A program made the translations under genes and the position numbers. The notes below the pieces were generated by a model that was not told where the DNA came from, ran no database searches, and saw nothing but the letters and a program-made list of their open reading frames with translations. This document shows, piece after piece, positions 6,589 to 13,576 of a DNA stretch of 32,000 bases; position 1 is the stretch's first letter, and the number at the start of each line of letters is the position of its first letter. Origin of the DNA: Massilicoli timonensis (GTDB taxonomy: Bacteria > Bacillota_I > Bacilli_A > Erysipelotrichales > Erysipelotrichaceae); contig NZ_LT963434.1 of NCBI RefSeq assembly GCF_900199515.1, forward strand, positions 204,057-236,056, in the 5' to 3' direction.

Positions 6589-7547
6589 TTCCAAAAACAA
6601 TGAGGGCAGTTGTCCTGACAGGGCCAACGCTTGCTGAGGAAGTAAAAATAACAGACTATCCCGTACCGCAGGTACGCCCCGGCTGGGTTCTTGTAAAAGT
6701 AAAAGCCTTCGGGCTGAATCATTCGGAACAGATTCTGCGGCTCAGTGAAATTCAGGCGGATTACATTACAAAACCAATCATTCCTGGAATTGAATGTGTC
6801 GGGGAAATAGCCGATCCTTCTGACAGTGATTTTAGACCAGGACAGAAAGTGGTCGCCCTGATGGGCGGAATGGGACGCAGCTTTCACGGGAGCTACGCGG
6901 AGTATGTCCTGCTTCCGGCCCGGCAGGTATTTGCGGTATCTTCTGAACTGTCATGGAAAGAAATGGCGGCGGTTCCGGAAACTTATTTTACCGCATGGGG
7001 TTCTCTGTTTGAAGGGTTAAACCTTACGGCGGGGGACACCCTGCTCATCCGCGGCGGCACCTGTGCTTTAGGTTATGCGGCAATCCAGATCGCAAAGGCG
7101 CTTGGATGTCGTGTGATTGCAACAACGCACAGGGGAAACAAAATCCCTCTGCTGGCAGAAGCGGATGAAGCGGTTCTTGATGATGGACACCTTGCGGGGA
7201 GAATCTCCGGTGTGACAAAGGCTCTTGACCTTGTCGGCCCACGGAATCTGAGAGATACGCTGCAGACCGTAAAAAAGGGCGGGATCGTCTGCGATACGGG
7301 GATTCTTGGAGGCGTCTATACCTTAAATGGTTTTGACCCGATCAAGGATATACCAAATGGCGTTTATCTTACCGGCTTTTTCTCAAATTATCCTACACAG
7401 CAGGTTATCACGGACATCTTTACATTTTTACAGGAACATCATCTTTCCCCGGTGGTTGGCACAGCCTTTGAATTTGAACAGATCCGGGATGCCTGCATTG
7501 CACTTGACGGCGGCAAGGTAAATGGAAAGATTGTCGTAACTGTCTGA
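6585..7547 (+). CDS. Medium-chain (zinc-type ADH / quinone oxidoreductase family) NAD(P)-dependent reductase
   Basis: The protein shows MDR-family features: MRAVVLTGP, GIECVGEI, and the nucleotide-binding region LIRGGTCALGYAAIQIAKALGCRVIATT. The ATG at 6585 overlaps the rSAM stop (ATGA) and an AAGGAG SD lies 8 nt upstream. I reject the start at 6498 in the ORF track. Confidence 0.85.
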   Translation: MIPKTMRAVVLTGPTLAEEVKITDYPVPQVRPGWVLVKVKAFGLNHSEQILRLSEIQADYITKPIIPGIECVGEIADPSDSDFRPGQKVVALMGGMGRSFHGSYAEYVLLPARQVFAVSSELSWKEMAAVPETYFTAWGSLFEGLNLTAGDTLLIRGGTCALGYAAIQIAKALGCRVIATTHRGNKIPLLAEADEAVLDDGHLAGRISGVTKALDLVGPRNLRDTLQTVKKGGIVCDTGILGGVYTLNGFDPIKDIPNGVYLTGFFSNYPTQQVITDIFTFLQEHHLSPVVGTAFEFEQIRDACIALDGGKVNGKIVVTV

Positions 7548-7572
7548 TGCCATACAAAAATAAGGAGCGAAA

Positions 7573-8454
7573 ATGGGAGCAGAACAAAAAACATATTTCA
7601 TGGTCGATAAATCAAAATGTATTCAATGCGGAAAGTGTATCAATACCTGTTCCGGCATGGTAATCGTATCCGGGAAAGACGGATACCCGGAAATGAAAGA
7701 GTTTGAACGATACGGGTGGCGGGGGTGTTGGAAATGCCAGCATTGCCTGGCCGTATGCCCGCAAGGAGCAATTTCTATCTTTCACAAGAAACCGGAGGAT
7801 TCCCTTCCTCCGCCTACATCGGAGATGGGAAGTTATATGGAGCAGCTTGTCGTAAACCGCCGGTCTTGCAGGCGCTATTTCGACAGAAATGTTGACCCGC
7901 AGATCATAACACGGATTTTAGACGCTATGGCTGCTGCCCCAACCGGAGGAAATTCCTGTAATGTGGAATACACAATCATCGATGATAAAGACAGGGTAAG
8001 AACCATCTGGCAGGCGGCGTATTCCAAAATGGAGGCGGATGCGCAGAAACACATTTATACAAATAGCTTCAGCGATTTTTATTACAGTAAAATGAAGCAG
8101 TCAGAAAAGACGGTGCGTAAAGGCGATTTATTATTCTGCGGTGCGCCGCATCTCTTTATCGCACATGAGAAATGCACTGGAAAGTGGGCGGAGGATTCTA
8201 AGGTCAACTGCAATATCGCAACGGCATATTTTGAACTTCTTGCAAATGCCTTCGGGCTTGGTACAGTCATTATGAGTTATCCGGCAGAGGTGTTGCTGGA
8301 GCTTGCGCCAAAGGCAAGAGAAATGCTGAATATCCCGTCTGATCATTATATGAAATTGATTGTTGGGTTTGGCTACCCGGAAATTTCCTATTCACGGGGA
8401 GTACAGAAAGACCGGAATCGGAAAATCCACCGCTATCGTGACAGTCACAATTAA
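7573..8454 (+). CDS. Fusion of a 2x[4Fe-4S] ferredoxin domain and a nitroreductase-family domain
   Basis: The N-terminus has CIQCGKCINTC..CWKCQHCLAVCP. It is followed by a nitroreductase-type RRSCRRYF motif and the C-terminal fold. An AAGGAG SD is present. Confidence 0.85.
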   Translation: MGAEQKTYFMVDKSKCIQCGKCINTCSGMVIVSGKDGYPEMKEFERYGWRGCWKCQHCLAVCPQGAISIFHKKPEDSLPPPTSEMGSYMEQLVVNRRSCRRYFDRNVDPQIITRILDAMAAAPTGGNSCNVEYTIIDDKDRVRTIWQAAYSKMEADAQKHIYTNSFSDFYYSKMKQSEKTVRKGDLLFCGAPHLFIAHEKCTGKWAEDSKVNCNIATAYFELLANAFGLGTVIMSYPAEVLLELAPKAREMLNIPSDHYMKLIVGFGYPEISYSRGVQKDRNRKIHRYRDSHN

Positions 8455-8472
8455 AAGAGGGATGTGGTTTTT

Positions 8473-9084
8473 ATGGATTTTATGGATGTATCGAAAAAAC
8501 GGGTAACGGTGCGTAAGTTTGCACAGGTTCCGGTAGAAGATGAAAAAATACAGAAGATATTAGAAGCCGGGCGGTGGTCGCCTACGGCGGTTAATGGGCA
8601 GCCTCAGAGAATCCTTGTGTTGAATACACTGGAAAACTTGGCAAAGGTTCGGGAATTCTGTTCTTTTGGTTACGACAAAAAGTATGTGGAGTTGGCAGAG
8701 GAATGTGAGGACAAAAGCCACGGAAAACTTAATTTTTACTACGGTGCGCCGCTTGTCTTGTTTGTGGCATATGATAAGGATGCCTGTTGGACGCATCCGC
8801 AAAGCGGAAAAAGCAGTGGAGAAACAGATGCCACAATCGTTGCCACACACATGATGCTGGAAGCTGCAAGTCTCGATCTTGGCAGCGTCTGGATCAGCTA
8901 TTTTGACGAGGAAAAGGCAAGGAGTCTTTTGAAATTGCCGGAAAACTGGCAGCCGGTATGTATGCTTTATATCGGCTATCCTGCAGAAGATTTTGTGCCA
9001 AATACAAAACTTGGCTGTCATAGAAAGCCGTTGAATGAAACCTGTTTTTATAATGCCGTCCCAGCGGGAAAGGAGGAAATATGA
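8473..9084 (+). CDS. Nitroreductase family protein
   Basis: MDFMDVSKKRVTVRKF...WSPTAVNGQPQRILV is typical of the NfnB/NfsA-like fold. The start is ambiguous among GTG 8464, ATG 8473 and ATG 8482. Confidence 0.85.
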   Translation: MDFMDVSKKRVTVRKFAQVPVEDEKIQKILEAGRWSPTAVNGQPQRILVLNTLENLAKVREFCSFGYDKKYVELAEECEDKSHGKLNFYYGAPLVLFVAYDKDACWTHPQSGKSSGETDATIVATHMMLEAASLDLGSVWISYFDEEKARSLLKLPENWQPVCMLYIGYPAEDFVPNTKLGCHRKPLNETCFYNAVPAGKEEI

Positions 9085-9860
9085 ACCAGCAGGAACGAAG
9101 GATTTTTCTCATAAGGGAAATGCTTTCCGAACAGCCTCGGTATGCCGATATAGAAATACCGGAAAATGAGCAGGAGCAGAAAAGGCTGCTCCGTTCCCTT
9201 TTTAATATCCGTATGCCGAGACATACCAACAGTGAATTTCTTGCGGTACAGGATGCTTACCTCCAAGCGGAAACGGCGGAGAAAGGCGTTACCGATATTT
9301 CTGCTCTTACTCCTGTGGCAGAAGGAATCTATCTTTGGCAGGGCGACATTACTACATTGCGCTGTGATGCTATTGTCAATGCGGCCAATTCCCAGATGCT
9401 CGGCTGTTTCTGCCCCTGTCATGGCTGTATTGACAATGCCATCCATACCTTTGCAGGGGTTCAGCTCCGGGAAACCTGTGCCGCGCTGATGAAAGAGCAA
9501 GGCTATGAAGAAGAAACCGGAAAAGCAAAAATTACACCTGCGTATAACCTGCCAAGCAAATATGTTCTGCATACGGTCGGCCCCATCGTCAGCGGCAGGC
9601 TTACAAAGAAGGATGAAAAACTGCTTGCGTCCTGCTATCACTCCTGCATGGAGTTGGCGGAAGAAAATGGGATAACAAGTCTTGCGTTCTGCTGTATCTC
9701 TACGGGAGAATTTCACTTTCCGAATGATAAGGCGGCGGAGATCGCCGTACAGACGGTAAAGCAATATAAAGAAAAAACAAAAAGCAACATGGAGGTAATC
9801 TTCAATGTTTTCAAAGATATGGACTACAAAATCTACCGAAAATTACTCGTCACAGATTGA
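9081..9860 (+). CDS. Macrodomain protein-ADP-ribose hydrolase (sirtuin-linked, Cys-cluster type)
   Basis: The macro core reads GDITTLRCDAIVNAANSQMLGCFCPCHGCIDNAIH...HTVGP...FCCISTGEF. It has the N-terminal helical extension typical of SirTM-associated macrodomains. The ATG overlaps the nitroreductase stop (ATGA). Confidence 0.9.
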   Translation: MNQQERRIFLIREMLSEQPRYADIEIPENEQEQKRLLRSLFNIRMPRHTNSEFLAVQDAYLQAETAEKGVTDISALTPVAEGIYLWQGDITTLRCDAIVNAANSQMLGCFCPCHGCIDNAIHTFAGVQLRETCAALMKEQGYEEETGKAKITPAYNLPSKYVLHTVGPIVSGRLTKKDEKLLASCYHSCMELAEENGITSLAFCCISTGEFHFPNDKAAEIAVQTVKQYKEKTKSNMEVIFNVFKDMDYKIYRKLLVTD

Positions 9861-10674
9861 AAAGCTGAAAAAAGAATTTGAAGCGGCTGAAACCATTGTG
9901 ATCGGAGCCGGGGCGGGACTTTCCACTTCCGCAGGCTTTGTATATGACGGCGAGCGGTTTCGGCAATACTTTTCCGATTTTGAAGAAAAATACGGATTCC
10001 ACGATATGTATTCCGGCGGTTTTTATCCTTACAATACGTTAGAAGAACATTGGGCGTATTGGAGCCGGTATATTTACATCAACCGCTATATGGATGCTCC
10101 GAAGCCTGTTTACAGTGAACTGTTTGAGCTTGTCAAAGAGAAAGATTACTTTATTCTTACAACGAATGTGGATCATTGCTTTCAGAAAGCGGGATTTGAC
10201 AAAAAGCGATTGTTTTATACACAGGGGGATTATGGACTGTTCCAATGCAGTGAGCCATGCTGCAATGAAACTTTTGAAAACGAAGATATCATGCGGCAGA
10301 TGGTGGAGCGGCAGAAAGATATGAGGATTCCTTCGGAGCTTTTGCCGGTCTGCCCCCATTGTGGGAAACCGCTTACCATGAATCTGCGTTCAGACAACCG
10401 GTTTGTGGAGGACGAGGGCTGGCACCGTGCGGCAGAGAGATATAATAATTTTCTTCGCACACGGAAAAATCAGAGAATTTTGTTTTTGGAGCTTGGAGTT
10501 GGATACAATACGCCCGTTATCATTAAATATCCTTTTTGGCAGATGACAGCGAAAAACCGTAATGCTACTTATGTCTGTATCAATTATGGTGAAGCGGTGT
10601 GCCCGCAGGAAATTAAGAAACAGTCTATTTGTATTGACAGTGATATTGGAAAAGTAATTGAGTCTATCTTATGA
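9805..10674 (+). CDS. SIR2-family protein, class M (SirTM-like, putative ADP-ribosyltransferase)
   Basis: Rossmann GAGAGLSTSAG, TTNVDHCF, QGDYGLFQCS, and a zinc ribbon (CSEPCC...CPHCGK) are present. A GGAGG SD (9791-9795) lies 9 nt before the ATG. The gene overlaps the macro gene by 56 nt. Confidence 0.85.
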   Translation: MFSKIWTTKSTENYSSQIEKLKKEFEAAETIVIGAGAGLSTSAGFVYDGERFRQYFSDFEEKYGFHDMYSGGFYPYNTLEEHWAYWSRYIYINRYMDAPKPVYSELFELVKEKDYFILTTNVDHCFQKAGFDKKRLFYTQGDYGLFQCSEPCCNETFENEDIMRQMVERQKDMRIPSELLPVCPHCGKPLTMNLRSDNRFVEDEGWHRAAERYNNFLRTRKNQRILFLELGVGYNTPVIIKYPFWQMTAKNRNATYVCINYGEAVCPQEIKKQSICIDSDIGKVIESIL

Positions 10675-10892
10675 TAAACAAGGCAAGGTTATCTTGCCCG
10701 AAAGGTCAGTCTGCCTTGTGCGGATTGGCCTTTTTGCTTTGCCTATCGAAAACTGTTAGGGAAAGAAGATAAAAAAATTTTTTTAACTTTTTTCTGTGAA
10801 CCTTTCCGGTTTGCCTATGTGAGATGTGTTCTATATAAGCGAGGAGGCAAAAAAAGACACACCCTGATATTTGCAGAGAGGAGGGATGAGGT

Positions 10893-11300
10893 ATGGTATC
10901 TCCTTCCTACATGGACAGAATCTGCGCAATGTTCGATTCTTTCTGTAAAACAGTATCACGCAATTATTATCGGGATTTGCTGCGGGCGGAAAAGTGCCGG
11001 AACGACCATTACAAAGAAGAACCGGTAGACTATCTATTTGAACTATTAGGCCACAAGGACGCCTACCCGTCTGATTCTTTTGTGCTTGATGCGGATGGGC
11101 ATTCCTGTGTGGTGGAGAGCGAAACTTTATATGAAGCACTGAAATCCCTGCCGGAGAAACAGCGGAAGGTCCTGCTTCTGGACTTTTGGAGGAATCTTAC
11201 AGACGGGGAAATCGCAGAAAGACTGGAGGTAACGACCCGCACGGTGTATAACTTACGGCACCGTGCCTATCAAGCAATCAAAAAATTTTATGAGCGGTAA
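10893..11300 (+). CDS. Sigma-70-family (region 4 only) protein of the conjugative-transposon Orf7 type
   Basis: The 135-aa protein has a C-terminal region-4 HTH (LPEKQRKVLLLDFWRNLTDGEIAERLEVTTRTVYNLRHRAYQAIKK). A GGAGGG SD is present. Confidence 0.8.
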   Translation: MVSPSYMDRICAMFDSFCKTVSRNYYRDLLRAEKCRNDHYKEEPVDYLFELLGHKDAYPSDSFVLDADGHSCVVESETLYEALKSLPEKQRKVLLLDFWRNLTDGEIAERLEVTTRTVYNLRHRAYQAIKKFYER

Positions 11301-11532
11301 CGCTTATACCGATGGATTAAACTATGACCTAATTAAAAAGGCGGTTCACGGAGAGAAGGACGCATTGGAGGAAATCCTGCGGATTTACGAGCCTTTCCAC
11401 AATGCCCTCGTAACCCGCGAGGTAATTGGTCCCGACGGGAAGATACATAAGGAGATCGACGAGGACAAGAAGATACAGGTCCAGATGCATCTTCTGGAAG
11501 TGATCCAGACCAAATGGAGGGAACTGATATGA
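11290..11532 (+). CDS. Small helix-turn-helix protein (conjugative-transposon Orf8-like partner of the sigma-like gene)
   Basis: The sequence MSGNAYTDGLNYDLIKKAVHGEKDALEEILRIYEPFHNALV... overlaps the sigma-like gene. The start is either 11290 or 11263. The family assignment rests on my recollection of Tn916-family gene order. Confidence 0.6.
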   Translation: MSGNAYTDGLNYDLIKKAVHGEKDALEEILRIYEPFHNALVTREVIGPDGKIHKEIDEDKKIQVQMHLLEVIQTKWRELI

Positions 11533-11672
11533 ACCTGATGCCGGATCTGTTCTCCTTCGCCTATGTACCCGGCTGGTATGCCCAGCTTGAGGAACTGGCG
11601 GATGCAAGAAAGGAGTTGGAGAAGGTAGATGGAGAAAAAACCGTATCGCAGAAAATGTTCCGGGTAATTTAA
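11529..11672 (+). CDS. Hypothetical 47-aa protein
   Basis: The sequence is MNLMPDLFSFAYVPGWYAQLEELADARKELEKVDGEKTVSQKMFRVI. The ATG overlaps the preceding stop (ATATGA) and a GGAGG SD lies 8 nt upstream. It is below the ORF-track cut-off. Confidence 0.5.
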   Translation: MNLMPDLFSFAYVPGWYAQLEELADARKELEKVDGEKTVSQKMFRVI

Positions 11673-11687
11673 TAAGGAAAGGACACA

Positions 11688-11716
11688 GGGCGCTCTGCTT
11701 CGGCGGGGCGTTTTTG
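11688..11716 (+). terminator. Rho-independent terminator closing the sigma/HTH/small-ORF unit
   Basis: CGCTCTGC (11691-11698), a TTCG loop and GCGGGGCG (11703-11710, with G-U pairs) are followed by TTTTT (11711-11715). Confidence 0.7.
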
Positions 11717-11769
11717 TGTGTAGCAAAGCGAATAGTGTAGAAGTCTGAATAGGAATTTAGAAAATTACA

Positions 11770-11778
11770 TGATATAAT
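11770..11778 (+). promoter_or_regulatory. Extended -10 promoter (TGaTATAAT) for the DUF3800-like gene
   Basis: TGATATAAT lies at 11770-11778, about 100 nt upstream of the ATG at 11879. No convincing -35 is present. Confidence 0.5.
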
Positions 11779-11878
11779 CAGAGTAGCAAATCAAAATTTA
11801 GTAGCTTGATAAGGTGGCTGAAATAACCTTTTGGGCAGTTGCTTCTAAACCTACATTTATATGAAGGAGACGTTACAA

Positions 11879-13384
11879 ATGTTTAAATATAATTTCTACT
11901 ATGACGAGTCTGAACATAGTCGGAAAATCAACTATAAGACGGTAAGTGCCTCTAATTATTATGATAATTTCGTAACTATGATTGTAGGATGGTTAGCCGA
12001 GAATGATGATATTCTGCAACAGTATGCTACTTTTGAGGCTAAGTACTCAGATAGAAAAGATCGTAATGGTGAAATTAAAAGTACGATGTTTCATCAGAAA
12101 CAATTCAAGTGTGGTTTTGCCTCCCTCAATAAGCAAAACGCTCAACTTGTAAATGATTTCTTATCGCTTTTTGACAAGGATATTCATATTTACTTTTCTG
12201 TTTCCAGCAAGATTGAATACCTTGTGCTACAAGTTTTTCAAAAGTACAGAAACAGTTTTCTCGTTGATGCGGACTTAATGAAGTATTCCATTACAAAGGC
12301 TCTCGTTATGTATCGTCCGAAAGAAATTATTAAGTGCCTCTACGAATCTCCTAAAGACTTTTTAGAAGAGCTAAAGAAATTTTTCCAAGAAAGGATTGAA
12401 TGCAATAAAAATAATCCTAGATTAAAGCAGAGAGAAACGGAAGCATTTCAACAGATTTTATTCATACTGGATGATATTTCGGATGCTCCGGAGATTGATT
12501 GGGACTATCATATGTCTTTTGATGGGTTCAAAAAATATCTGGCAGAAAAAGATATATCGAATTACAATCTGATTATAGACAAAGAAGGTAAAGACGAGGA
12601 AAAAAGCAAAACCTTAAAAGCAGCCCGTGAAATAGGACTTTATAATTCAGATGAAGCCGATTCTACAGAGTACCCGGGGCTTCGTATAGCAGATATGATG
12701 GCAGGTATTATATCTAAGTTATTGAAGGGGCTGTGTGATTCCTTGCGGTATCAATCTCTTGACGAAAGTATCAATAAGAAGATTTTGGATACGGGGTGGT
12801 TCTGCCTGAATGAAGTTCAATTAGGACTTTATAAAAAACTTTATCGGCTTATTTGTGAGTGGCAACCAGCTTGGTATAAATCTTACTCCGGTATATATTC
12901 GGATGATTTAGTTTTATTCAATGCTTTGCTTAACTTTATGAACCATTTTGAATCTGTTGAACAGATTCAAAATGGTATAGATATGCAAGGTGAATACTTC
13001 AATGCGTTTGCTTGCGAACAGTTGGCAAGGTATTTTAATCAGAGAAAATGCAAATTGCCCATTGATCCTGTAATTCCCTTTGATGAAAAATCATATTTGA
13101 ACAAAAGGGGTGGAAGGGTATTTTTTGATTCGGGAAAACAACCTCTGTTGCCACTACATAGAAGTAGTCAAACCTTTGATGTTTTATCTGTGGGCGTAGA
13201 TCAGAAACTGATTCCATCAGTAACAATCTTAAAAGATGGTGAATCGGTTTGTTTTCGGCTTCCGGATGAACTAAGTGAGTGGGCCTGTAGTGTTGTTGGA
13301 ATGGCAGCAAGGGGAATGAATCTTTTCCCTAGCAAAGTAACCTTTTCCAAAATTAATGGAAGATATTTTGCAGATATACTTTGA
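11879..13384 (+). CDS. DUF3800-like protein with an uncharacterised C-terminal extension of about 200 aa
   Basis: The N-terminal FYYDESEHS and the later YPGLRIADMMAGIISKLL resemble the two conserved DUF3800 motifs (xxxDESG ... LQxADxxAG). An AAGGAG SD (11864-11869) lies 9 nt before the ATG at 11879, so the ATG at 11861 in the ORF track overlaps the SD. The gene is strongly AT-rich (27-30% GC in two hand-counted samples). Confidence 0.6.
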   Translation: MFKYNFYYDESEHSRKINYKTVSASNYYDNFVTMIVGWLAENDDILQQYATFEAKYSDRKDRNGEIKSTMFHQKQFKCGFASLNKQNAQLVNDFLSLFDKDIHIYFSVSSKIEYLVLQVFQKYRNSFLVDADLMKYSITKALVMYRPKEIIKCLYESPKDFLEELKKFFQERIECNKNNPRLKQRETEAFQQILFILDDISDAPEIDWDYHMSFDGFKKYLAEKDISNYNLIIDKEGKDEEKSKTLKAAREIGLYNSDEADSTEYPGLRIADMMAGIISKLLKGLCDSLRYQSLDESINKKILDTGWFCLNEVQLGLYKKLYRLICEWQPAWYKSYSGIYSDDLVLFNALLNFMNHFESVEQIQNGIDMQGEYFNAFACEQLARYFNQRKCKLPIDPVIPFDEKSYLNKRGGRVFFDSGKQPLLPLHRSSQTFDVLSVGVDQKLIPSVTILKDGESVCFRLPDELSEWACSVVGMAARGMNLFPSKVTFSKINGRYFADIL

Positions 13385-13543
13385 TACATGGCAAGAAAGG
13401 AAAAACAAAGAAGAAGGTTATAGAAAAGAAAGGCGATAACTTCAATTTTGTTGAATTCACAGAAGCAGCACTTCGGGATGTTACCATCATTCTTTCCATT
13501 TCCACACTCCAAAAATCCAGCAACCTATGATAGAATAGTCGCA

Positions 13544-13576
13544 GTAGTAACACACCCCCATTCTTACTACGTTTTT
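13544..13576 (+). terminator. Weak AT-rich hairpin plus T-run (possible terminator downstream of the DUF3800-like gene)
   Basis: GTAGTAA (13544-13550) pairs with TTACTAC (13564-13570) around a 13-nt loop, followed by GTTTTT. TTACTACG recurs 11 nt later (13575-13582). Confidence 0.3.

Noticed and set aside
9048-9764. 238-aa minus-strand ORF
   Set aside because: It lies entirely antisense to the well-supported macrodomain gene. It has no SD and its composition looks like a frame shadow, so it is a typical antisense artefact.
10819-11028. 69-aa ORF and the strong GAGGAGG at 10841-10847 upstream of the sigma-like gene
   Set aside because: No start codon follows the SD-like sequence at a usable distance. 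The ORF overlaps the sigma-like gene in another frame and has no recognisable features.
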